Assembly (NCBI GenBank): GCA_048013815.1
Contig: CM106585.1
Location: forward strand, 10,478,001 to 10,542,000
Length of the DNA: 64,000 bases
Reading direction: 5' to 3'
From: Setoptus koraiensis
Lineage: Eukaryota; Animalia; Arthropoda
Position numbers and translations under genes: made by a program. The notes under the pieces were generated by a model. It worked only from the letters and a program-made list of their open reading frames with translations. It did no database searches and had not been told where the DNA came from. Positions 47,070 to 57,983 of this stretch are shown here, piece after piece. Numbering within the stretch: the first letter of the stretch is position 1; the number at the start of each line of letters is the position of its first letter.

Positions 47070-49631
47070 TCAAGTCAAACAATTGTTTATATTTCCATTA
47101 TATTTGACGTCAGCTTGTGAAACTTTGAGCGATTTCAACGATACGCCTGATGGGCTGTTAGGTTGATTTTGCAAAAACATTATATGTTTACGTAACCTTC
47201 GGATCATAATGGGTATCTCGTCAAGGGTATATCTAAACTTCATGGTATGCTGTTTCGGCGAGCACTTACTACACAGTTTGTCTTTGTGTTGTAAACAAAC
47301 CAATTTATACTTTGCACATTCACATGATAACGCAGAGAGAAAACACGTGGTCTTACAGTAATCGCATTGCCTTTCATCGTCAGGATACAACTCAAATTTG
47401 TGTCTGATAGAGTTTGTGACTCCCCAATCTAGTGTTTTGGCTCTGAGTACTTGCTCAATCTCGTTCATTTTAACAATGTCTCTATAGGTGGCTAAGGTCG
47501 ATGCGGCATCCAGCTTGGACGGTTCATTTGCCATTTTGCAGATAAGCTCATCATGACTAAAAACTGGATAACGACGCAACATAGAGTAGTGGTCAATACA
47601 ATTTCGTCCCATAGACAACCAATCGGCGGGGGCAAAATTTACTGCCTCTGCAAAATTCAATCCTTGATTGAAGCCAGTGTGATAGGCTCGCGGAAAAGTT
47701 ACGACAAACTCGCCAGAGAATTGGTCTACTCGATAGATGGGTACTTCATCGCCCATCAATGTGTTTGGATTACAGATAGTAACCAATTGATGGAGGAGGT
47801 CAGGTTGCGATTGGAAAAGATCCGGAGCGACACGCTTCATGGATCGCTCAAATTTTTCCGCTTCTGAGCCAGGAACACCATACCAGGTTTTTGGATCCCC
47901 ATGATGCAAGTAATTGATCGAGTAAGTCCAATGATCTTCATTATGCCAACAAAATGTTGAAAAGCACATACCCACATACATCCATGGTATAATCATACCG
48001 CTAATGTTTGCATTAATGTAACGAAAGACACTACCTTCCGCAATTGGCATATTATTCAAGTTCCACGGATGGTCTATGTACTCACAATCTGACGGGTGTA
48101 GATCTTTTGAGGTGCGCGTGGGAAATCCACTGCCAAATTCATTGCAATGCAGATCGGCGCCATATTCAACGCAAACGTTTTCCTCAAGACACGATACCAA
48201 TCTCCAGTACTCTTGTTCCACTAGATTCAATGGTACCTGATCGCTGGGCATATTGAAGTAGTCACTCTTGAACTGATTAGCCATGTCACCAAACTCAGAT
48301 AGAGTATAGTGATTTTTTGATTGGGTGAAACCAAAGTCAGCGTAATGCTTAGGTCTCGCGCTAACTAAAAGTGCCAGGCACGAATGGCAATGCCACGGGC
48401 CAGTTTTGGGCATATCTTTTAGAGGTGGTATCAAACATGTAATGTGGAATTTGAGATGGCAGTTATCGCAGGTGACTAATAAATGTGATGGCTTAATTTG
48501 GTTACATTGTACACAATCATCGCGTCTCTTAGTTTTGGTCTCATCTTGAGTGCCGTTGTTGTTCACACAGCCGGGCATTTTAGGTCCGGCGCCATAAGTT
48601 CTCAGCTTGAGCAATTCTTTGCTGCCCGTGGATGAGGAGGAGGTGTCGCTGTGGTCGCTTTGATTTAGTATGTGATCAGGTTGTTCGTGTTGTTGCAGAT
48701 CGTGTTGCTGCTTGTTGTCGTTATGTTGGTGTTGCGTTGTTGTGGTGCTGGTGTTGCTGTGGTTACCCTGAGTGTGTTTAGCGGCCATTGTCTTGTCTGA
48801 TTCATTAAGATGATTATCGTTGTGGTCTAAGCCACTACTACTACTGTTAGTGTTTGCACTACTGTGATTAGCATGTGTGCCGTTGTTGTTTGCTGTTGCA
48901 TTGGTGGTTGTAGTCGTTGTGGAGCCGTTGGCGTCTGAGGCGGCGGCGGCCGCCGCTGCTGCTGCCGCTGCGCTTGAATAGAAATCACCTATTGTGGCTC
49001 CGCTTTGAAATATGTCGTGCGGATAAAGAATTTTCTCGTAGTGATGCCGCAACAATGACGCAACAGTTCCACGATTGTTTGTGTTGACTTGATAGCCCAT
49101 TCTGTTTGTCACTTTGGCCCATTTTCGTTCCCTGACGCACACCTCAAAGCCGCCCTCCGCTTTGACGCACTCGTACAATTTGTGTAAATCCAACAGCTGT
49201 CCCTCTATGTATGGCACCTTAATGGTTGAGCCTTGTAATTCCCAAAATTTAAACAACTGATCAATAAAGTTTAACTTAGTCCTAGTGGACGCCTCCAATT
49301 CGTTGAGACGTTGAACGCGTGGCGTGAATTTAAAATAGTTTGTATCGACAGCAAACGGTGGCTTAAATGATTTCGGTGGTACAATCTTACATATTCCATA
49401 TTGTTCTGCCTGAGATCTAATCTTAGTTATATAATCGATGGGGCCACGCTTAAATTCGGCAACTGTCGGATAAAAGACGGGCGCCTCTTGGGGCACCTTG
49501 AACGAATGCTGTTGGGTCCTCATTTGTTGTACGTGTTGTTGCTGTTGCTGTTTGTGTTGGTGGTGGCTTATCTGCTGCTGCTGTTGCTGCTGGTCGCAGT
49601 TAGATAATGGCGGCTGCTGTGGCTGTCCCAT
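47070..49631 (-). CDS. KDM5: Lysine-specific demethylase 5 (lid/JARID1), single exon, 853 aa: JmjN, ARID, PHD1, JmjC, C5HC2; no PLU-1, PHD2 or PHD3
   Basis: EAPVFYPT..ICKIVPP (JmjN); LDLHKLY..GGFE (ARID); CVQC..CDNCHLKFHITCLIPPL..WHCHSC (PHD); catalytic FCWHNEDH and FPRAYHTGF; ERQCDYCKTTCFLS..CLQH (C5HC2). Confidence 0.96.
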   Translation of the reverse strand: MGQPQQPPLSNCDQQQQQQQISHHQHKQQQQQHVQQMRTQQHSFKVPQEAPVFYPTVAEFKRGPIDYITKIRSQAEQYGICKIVPPKSFKPPFAVDTNYFKFTPRVQRLNELEASTRTKLNFIDQLFKFWELQGSTIKVPYIEGQLLDLHKLYECVKAEGGFEVCVRERKWAKVTNRMGYQVNTNNRGTVASLLRHHYEKILYPHDIFQSGATIGDFYSSAAAAAAAAAAASDANGSTTTTTTNATANNNGTHANHSSANTNSSSSGLDHNDNHLNESDKTMAAKHTQGNHSNTSTTTTQHQHNDNKQQHDLQQHEQPDHILNQSDHSDTSSSSTGSKELLKLRTYGAGPKMPGCVNNNGTQDETKTKRRDDCVQCNQIKPSHLLVTCDNCHLKFHITCLIPPLKDMPKTGPWHCHSCLALLVSARPKHYADFGFTQSKNHYTLSEFGDMANQFKSDYFNMPSDQVPLNLVEQEYWRLVSCLEENVCVEYGADLHCNEFGSGFPTRTSKDLHPSDCEYIDHPWNLNNMPIAEGSVFRYINANISGMIIPWMYVGMCFSTFCWHNEDHWTYSINYLHHGDPKTWYGVPGSEAEKFERSMKRVAPDLFQSQPDLLHQLVTICNPNTLMGDEVPIYRVDQFSGEFVVTFPRAYHTGFNQGLNFAEAVNFAPADWLSMGRNCIDHYSMLRRYPVFSHDELICKMANEPSKLDAASTLATYRDIVKMNEIEQVLRAKTLDWGVTNSIRHKFELYPDDERQCDYCKTTCFLSALSCECAKYKLVCLQHKDKLCSKCSPKQHTMKFRYTLDEIPIMIRRLRKHIMFLQNQPNSPSGVSLKSLKVSQADVKYNGNINNCLT

Positions 49632-49869
49632 GGTGTCGATCCACTGCTAGTGCTGCTATTGTTGTCGTCGTGCGTGTAATAATTGCAATCACAGATGCAT
49701 ACGCAACCATGTACAATTGTGATGTGTAATTGTAGCCAAGACGCCAATTCAAATATCGTCGTTCACTGCCGATAGTGATGATAATAGCAATAAAAGATAA
49801 TTATTGCTCGCAACTAAACGATAATAAATATAAATAATGATAATATATTATATAGAGTATCAAATACGA

Positions 49870-49941
49870 GTTTTGTGTGTGTGTGTGTGTGTGTGTGCCG
49901 AATTGTGCGTCTTTCTCTGTGTGTGCATGTGTGTGTAACTG

Positions 49942-49971
<30 letters not shown>
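49870..49971. repeat. Adjacent (TG)n and (CA)n dinucleotide tracts in the KDM5 upstream region
   Basis: Read directly; the two tracts are inverted relative to each other. Confidence 0.85.
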
Positions 49972-49976
<5 letters not shown>

Positions 49977-52010
49977 GCCTACGGGGTGGAAGCTTGGAAA
50001 AGTGCGCAATGGGCCAGTTCAAGCGAGTGTGCAATTTAAACTGTTAACGCTGGCCGCCTTCTGCAAGCCTGGCCCAGCTAGTCGTCGTGGAGGCTGCAAA
50101 CGCACAGTTTGCACCTTTTGCCCGGCGCACACCCACACTGACCGCTGCCAAGCCTGTCGGCAGGCACACACGACCATGCATAGCCAGAGCCATATATAGC
50201 ACGCCAGCGGGCACAGTCGCATCGTCTGTGCTGGCGTGCGGAACAGCGTGCTTTATAGTGAACTTTTTGCCTGACTCACGGCCTATATCAACACACACAC
50301 ACAAATACACGCCAGTCACAGTGTCTGGCGTTTGTCTGCTCAATTGTGCGTATACTGTAGTACTGTAGTACAGGGTGCGACATTCAAGTTCGCAAACTAC
50401 TAAGCCGTGTGCGCTGCACACGGGCACAGAGCGTGAAGTAACACCGGCTGTGCTGCCGCCGCCAGCTATTTCGTATGCCACACCGTGTGCGGCTATTCAG
50501 TGCTCTACTCGCCCCAATATGTGTGCCCGAGCGCAAACTGTGCCCGCCCGGCTCGCCGTGTCGATTTTAAACGACGCACTGCATTATTGATCGTAGCACG
50601 ATCAGTGCAAACCTGCAAACTCGTAAGCCTGGCACTTCACGGGCCAGAGCCCTGCGAGTGTGTGTGTGTGTGTGTTTGCTCACAAAGCACACCTCTCACG
50701 CACACATGCAACATTTAAATGCGTCTCTCATTCGCAAGTCGCGACAATGTCGCTCTGGTCGCTAGTCACAATCCAATGTAACGCACACACACAAGCCCAG
50801 GGACTATTGGGGGCCGAAAAGGGGGCAGGCAGCGCAGTGCGCTTTGGAAAGGACAAGTGTCGCTTTGTGGGCTGTGTGAGACCTGACAAGAGCACACAAC
50901 GCACATGAGTCACACACACACACACGCCAGATTCATCTGTGAATGTTCACGCGGGACGCCCTGCCCGGCGAACGCAAACGGCACGCCCACCACTAATGTT
51001 GCATCTAACATAACGAGGATAAATGTATATATTTTTGCACATATTTTGTCCATTTTATTGACCGCTCACTTTGTATATTTGAAATTAAATGGGAACAAGA
51101 CGTGGAACTGTAACTCGGAATTACCAATTTTGCGGGTTCTTTCGAGGCGATTCTGCAACATCTTTTATCCGCAGCCAGAGAAAAGCCCGGGCCGGCGTGA
51201 TCCGAAAGTGCAGTGCACGTGAACCCGGCCGGCAATGCCGAGCCGCACACGATGAATCACGCGTTTCCATGGGCGGCCAACATCATTTCACGGATATTCA
51301 CGGTCGATATTCACACGATTCACTCATCCGTGCTTTCACCATCTTGGCACGCATGTTTGCATCAGCACCAAGTAAATAGTGCATCAATGAATATTCATAT
51401 CATCAACCGTTCGTGCTTGCTTTATCCCTCTACACTCCAGACCGGATGTGGTTTCCGGTCTGTGAGCTTGCACAGGAATTGAAATGATCCATTCAGGATT
51501 GTCGCGGGATTGGCGCGGGATTGTCGCCGGATTGTCCGGCGCCGGACTCGCTCCAACCCAGCCCCGGATGGACGATCTTCGAAATTGAAAAATGTATGCA
51601 AATTCAGCTAGTGCCAGGGATTTCGATCCTCCGGTAAGGGGCCGTTCTCGTCTGATACATTGGGCGTTCTTATTGCTTGCGTGGATCCAAAGTCACAGGC
51701 ACAAGTCAAACAAACATGGCGACTTGCATTGACAAGCCGAACTTGTGCCGGCATAGTTGCCAGTTGCCGGCCCTGTCGTGGTTGCGAAAATTCGAGTCAG
51801 ACTTGAATATTGGGTCGCAAAAAACTTTATTGAACTTGTCAATCCGTCAATGTTACATACATAGACTATTCGCGTTTAATGAGAATCTTTTAACATGTAT
51901 AAAACATAATAATTTAATTTTCAATATTTTAATTTGTTCGCAGGCAATCAATTAGTCACTTTGGCTATTATTGGATCTTGTTAGTGTGATCTGTTTGAAG
52001 ATCGTGTAAG

Positions 52011-55000
52011 TCATGATAGAGTTATCACCAACCATAAAGTTATTGTGGCAATCACCATTAATTTATCGAATGACATGGCATCTGTTAGTGACGCTTGACT
52101 TCCGTTTTGAGCGTCTGATTTCATTTGCGTTCAGTTGTAGCGATACGAACCATTCATAAGACAATGTATTCAAAGTAATCGTTAATTAGCTACTTTATGG
52201 TTGGTGAGAAATAACTTCATTAGTTAGGAGTGACTGGTGGCGATACTCACTTTTTAATTTCAATCGTTGAACATTCTTATCGAAATTGGAGTTGTAGTTG
52301 TTGGCAGTATTGAGGCTAAGCGTGCGAGCCTTGATAGCCTGAATGTATTTCTCGTCTGGATGAGAGTGATCAATGGCAAAAATGCAAATCAAATGTGTCA
52401 TCAATACAGATGTCTTGTCATGATATATTACACATTAAATATGTATTGTCGTATTCACTCACCGTAAACCTTACTACCCGACGATGCATGATCACCATAA
52501 TAGCTGTTGCCGTATCCCGGATGTTTGATTAGATTTCTATGGGTGGTGTTGATGGCGAGCTTTTTCGGTTGGTTCGCGAACGAGTCTCTCTGCTCTGAGT
52601 ATGAGTCGCTTTGCATCATGTTGGCCGGACGCTGAGGCAAGTACTGAGAAGTTTTTACAATCTCTGGCGTGCGATAAATTGCGTGGATGATAAGTGAGTA
52701 TTGTTAGTATTCTTGGCTAGTTTGCTTGATAGTTGGTGCTTGGCTGGTGCAGCTTCGGTAAATGTTACTCACCTCTTATCACGACACTTGATTGTGACAC
52801 GCCAAGACTGTTGCGTGCAAAGCATGTGTATTTGCCGAAGTCTTGTCGTCGCAACGACGGTATTGTTAATTTTAACTGATTAGTGTATGAATTGACACTG
52901 CTCTGTTTGACGGAAACGTAAACCCTTTCATCGTTGCCATCCGCTAATGATGTTTGCGTTTGATCCGATACAAAATTTGAAGATGTGGCCAACTCACCAG
53001 AGGTGTTTGTTGTGACAATATTTGGCGATTTACTTTTATTAGTGGGCTCGTCGTGGTCTCGTATCACTTTTTCTCTGGTGCCTCTATTGTTTAATCTGTT
53101 GTGCGGATGATATGAGAGATGTATGTGATTTTTATTGGTGCTGTTGTTGTTGGTTGCCGGCGGTTGTTGCTGCTGTCGTTCTGTTCCATCCAAGAGGGTC
53201 CCCTCAACGATTTCACCGTGTTCCGATTGGCCCAGCACGTGAGTCCAGCTCAGCTCTTCGCCGTTCGGCGTCCTGGCCCAGTGATTGCTAGATTTTGGAT
53301 AGGCTTCAATCATACAATCGAGCTCTATTGTGTCGCCAACGTTAGCCGATATGTACTGATTGAGTAGGCTGGTTTTGGGTGGAACTTTTGATAATAGGAC
53401 ACAGTGGTTTGAGTGCAGCAAACAGGTGAGAGAGCGAAAAGTTTCAAAGTTTTAGTAAAGTGATGCCTGTGATTGTAGACAGTGTTGCGTGACAGGAACA
53501 AACAAAGCGACTAAGCAATAATCACCGATTATTCACTTAATCAGTTAAAGTAAAGTAAATGCGTCATTCGATACTCACAGTTTATGAAGAGCGGAATTTT
53601 CTTTATGGCTGCTGGAGGAATTCCATTGGACGAGGTGCAAATGTATACGCCGGTGAAGCTTCTGCTGACATTGGTCAGCGTTAATTTCTCACTCTTGTAT
53701 TGGGTTTCTGCTTTTAGCAATCCATCACCAAATCATCGTGTTTTTTGCAACATTGTGGCACGTGAAGACAATTTGTTATTTGTGATTGTAATTAGTTTAG
53801 TTAGATAAAATAAATAGATGGTGAAGTAAACGGGACGGTAGACTCACCTATGGGCGAAGATATCACAAAGGGTGCAAATTTGCCTTCAGTTAGATTGAGC
53901 CAATTCGACGAAGCAGAGATGGCGCCACCGGGCTCAGGGTGACTCTTTAGCTGGTCATCGTCGACCATCACTGCATGGTGGCTATTTTGTTGCGTAATTT
54001 GGGCCCTCAACAATCTGCTATTGTGAGCGCTAATCGGTTGCTGACTAGTGTGAAGTGAAGTCATGTGATAATCATTGTCATTGTCATTGTCTTGGTTTGT
54101 TGTTGGCTCTAGTGCCATCGGTATGTTGTGATTAACAGCGAGACTATTTATGCTTTGCGACTCATTGTGAGCGTCTTGATCGAGCTGCTGGCTGACAGAG
54201 GCCCCATTGAGTCGAATGGGCAAGCCGTCGTCCCTTTTCCACGTTGTGCTGGCCTTGGGGTGTGCATAGGTTTTACAGGTGAGGGTGACATTTGAATATT
54301 CTTGCACGCTCAATTGTTGGCTAGACTGAGACTCTATTATGGTGGGCGACACTAAGCATGCGATATTTTGCCATTGGTTTGCGATAGTTGCCAGTCATAA
54401 TTTGTGCATCATGAGAAATAATGACAATTTACACAGTGAGAACGATGTGATCAATATGTGATGTGAATTATGCGATGGACAAACAGACTGAGGGTAAACT
54501 CACCAACTACCTCCAGGTGACCGGTGATGCTGCGCATCGGAATGGTGTTCAGCTGGCATTGGTAGTAGCCCTAAAGTGAACGGATGGAGAGAGAAGGACA
54601 AAGGCAAAGATGGGGCCCCAATTGTTGAAACAGTGATTATGATTTTGATATTATCATTGTGGTGATGATTTGATTGGCTTGCTTGCTTACTCTGTCCGAC
54701 TCTTGCACGTCCTTGATGTGCAACACCCATTTGCGTTCCTCTTCGTCCGGAATCAAAAATATCCTATAATTGGTGGTGATAATGTTGGTATCAATGCTCA
54801 ATATGGTCTTGCTTTCGAGCTTCAACCAGGCGACCTGAACAAGCGACACAAATAGCGTGATTAGTGATTGGTGGTTATTATCTGATGATTTACACAAAGT
54901 CGTATGACAAAAGAGAGAAGCTTTGTGGTCTAGCAAACGGAGCCATCTTGGCATTTGTTGGCAGTAGAATCTCTTGGTACCTGGTCTCTATTGGTGTCCA

Positions 55001-55702
55001 CCAGCCGACCTGGGCAAGCAACAAAAAGAGGCAAGCGGAAATGTCGCATTGTGGTGTCGTGGTCAGATACCAGAATTGGTGGTCACCTGCAAACATAATT
55101 AGAACGAGCGCTCTAAACCTGGTACGGCCCCATAATACCCAAATACAATAATCTGAGCGGGAGCCGCAGGGATAAATCCGGTGTGTTACAAAGAGAAACA
55201 AGACACATTTTGTTGTTTTGTTGGCGCTTTTGTGCTGTTGATCTTGGTTGTTGTTGCTCAATTAAGCGGCTCTTTATTTTATTGCGTCATATCCAATTTG
55301 CACAAACGCTACAACAAGCAAACACACAAATTGACCATATTATTATGTTCTTTTGGGCCCAGTTGACCCACAAACACCGGCCCGAACAAGCACGACACGT
55401 TGGCGTTGCTGCAACCGAGTCTAGCTGGTCAGTTGGGCTGACTCAGTTGCAAGTTGGTCCGGTGGCAGTTGACCAGTGGACCGGCTAGTTAGCCAGCGAG
55501 CTGGCAGCTTAATTGGAATGGCAATGCTTTCGTTGGAGCTCTTGAGTTTTGAGCCCGGCTTTTTACCTGTTTATTTGTACACGGTTGCGCGCTGAAACTG
55601 GCACACAAACAAACAAGCGAACCTCTGCTGCCGGCCCCATGTATCAGCGGCCCGGTACCAGGGACAGAGTATCGCGTGCCAACTCTGAATGACGGCGCCT
55701 CT
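52011..55702 (-). CDS. GPI-anchored 3-Ig IgLON-type protein (DIP/lachesin-like); exons ~55702-55567, 54834-54691, 54570-54504, 54351-53848, 53707-53579, 53384-52773, 52663-52463, 52355-52251, 52114-52011; signal exon further upstream not fixed
   Basis: VAWLKLESKTILSI..WVLHIKDVQESDR-GYYQCQLNTIPMRSITGHLEVVV-SPTII..NVTLTC..W..LTLTNVSRSFTGVYIC.SSNGIPP..IELDC.IEAYPKS..W..DFGKYTCFARNSLG. Ends NGS plus a hydrophobic tail (GPI-like). All internal junctions are frame-consistent. Confidence 0.85.
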
Positions 55703-56377
55703 CTAACGCGCCCTTCTCGGGCCGCTTGCCTCAGCTGGTCAGCCGCCACCAGTGGCCCCAGTGGCGGCCAGTAGCAGTGGCCCCAGTGGCGGCCAGTAGC
55801 AGTGGACCGGCAATTGCGCCAATCTGGGGCCAATCAATCTAGACTAAGAGGCCAGCTATGCCAGCGCAGTGTTACGTCCGGCGCGCTACTTGCCGAGCTG
55901 CTTGCAATTATGGCTTGCGAGGGGGGGGCGCCTCTCCGACAAGTTGACAACTTTTTGCTCACATTACATTGTATTTAGCAGCACAGGTATGAGCGGCAGT
56001 GGCACTGGACGGAATTGCATAGACATAACTTATTTGGGGGCCATAAATAGAACGGGGCCAGCCTCATCCAGCCTGGCATTGGGCGAGAGTCCCGCAGTGG
56101 GCCAAACAGCCAATGCGGGCGAACGACGGCGCACCAACGGAAGCGCTCGCTAAGCTGGCCAGCGAGGCGATCCGCGCGCACAAGCCCGATAGCGACAACA
56201 ATGCCCCGCGACGATAAACATAAACGTCAGGCCAAGCGAATGTGGCATAAAAACAAGCTTGTTTCTGTTTCAGTGAGCCTCAAATCACCTGAGCATTAGA
56301 GACCGTGAGCTAAACTGGCTTTTGGGAGCCGTCGGCAATGATCGCTCAGCGTGCATGGATATGGCGGCAAGTCGCTA

Positions 56378-57951
56378 GTTATGTAAGCGTGATCCCGGTC
56401 ATTAGTGGCAACAGGGAGATAGTCAATTGGCTGGCTCGCCAGTTTACAGTTATTCGCTTGGCCTCATAACGGCAGCATGCTTTGTTTTGCCACTATCGCC
56501 TTACCATTATATTATATATCTATTTATGTGTAATATGGCCGTGCAATACGGTGTATATGTGGCACTGTATATCTATGGTACGGTGCGGCATATGTGTAAC
56601 AGGGGGTTAATAGAGGGTGCTAGTGGCGCCCCGTGCGGCTCTGTTGTCGCGTAATGAATTTGTGTGTAACACGTAATGTTATGTAATGCTGTTGTTGTTG
56701 TTGCTGTTGTCGATGTCGATGTCGTTGTCGTTGTTGTTTTGGTGCCTATGCAAGCACATAATGGCAACTTTATGAGCAACAACAACAACAAGATGCTATC
56801 ATGTTTCACCTGGCCGCTGGTGGCGTGTTTTGGTGGCCTGTCTCGACGCGCTGATATCTGACGATGCAAGCGCATTAGAGATAATGATTCAAAAACATAT
56901 AAATCGTTTTGTGTTTGCTGCTCGTTTTGTTGCTCGTCGGCTTGCGAGATTCGCACAGTTGCCAGGCTGTCGCCGTGAGAGGCGCTCGGGGGCGACACAA
57001 GACGGTGGCAGTAAATCTCCATTTGGGCGCCGCATTTGGCTCGCTCAGGCAGCCAAACGCGGCCCAATCTATAGTTCATTACTAATGAATCATTAGTGAG
57101 CGGGCCCCACTGGCGCGCAGATGACTTTTTGAGGAATCACTTTTTACAATTGATAGTGCCGAGCCAATGCGGCGGCCGCCGATGTAACCGATCGACAAAT
57201 AATGATCTTATGCAAATTAGCCGCTGCGCACAGTGGCACAAACTTGCGTTTAGCAGGTTGCCCGATTCTCTGGCAGCGGCGTTTGATTCTTTCATTGGGG
57301 CGATTCTTTTATAAGCGAGACGCGAGGGCCGAGCTCGCCATGTCAGATATCGCTCAATTGTTGTTGGCGCGGGCGCTCGCTGTGCCCACTGTGCCAACAA
57401 CAACGCAAACGAAAAAGGCAACCAAGGAAGCCAACGAAGAGCCCCAAACGGCGACGCGCGCGCCAGCATGTGGCGCGCCAACAACAATGCGGGGGCCCCT
57501 AATGATAATTTAATGCAATTCAATCCATCGCTGCGCACAGCCGTGTCACCTGTGTGTTCTTTGGGGCGCCGTTCTTTTTATTCATTGGCCCTCTGTCGGA
57601 CGTCTGGCCGGTATGGGGCGCCACACGAGCAGCAAAGTGGCCCCGCTGAAAGTGCCTCTGGCGTGTTTGTGTGCGTGTGTGTGCGCGTCGCGTTTGCAGT
57701 GAATCAATTCAAAATTACGACAGCACCAACGACTTGATATATGTGGCTGCAAAAAGCTGCCGAGTAGGCAAACGCAGCGGTGCGCTCATGTAACCGTTAG
57801 ATGAGCGAATAATTGCGTGCTCTCATTACTATTACTGTCGCCGTTATTATACCGCCGCCGCCGCCGCTGCTTGTTGCAATTATAATCGTCAATGGGTTGC
57901 TACAATGATGATGTTACGTAACAACATTAGTTGTGTTCGCATTCAATTCGA

Positions 57952-57983
<32 letters not shown>

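Noticed and set aside
51610-51700. B-box-like GGATCGAAATCCC on the minus strand (tRNA or SINE?)
   Set aside because: There is no A-box and no cloverleaf.
56573-57079. ORF with a hydrophobic stretch (SILLLLLLIKLPLCACIG) as the signal exon of the Ig gene
   Set aside because: It is plausible, but the hydrophobicity is partly repeat-derived and I could not fix a frame-compatible donor, so it is left unannotated.
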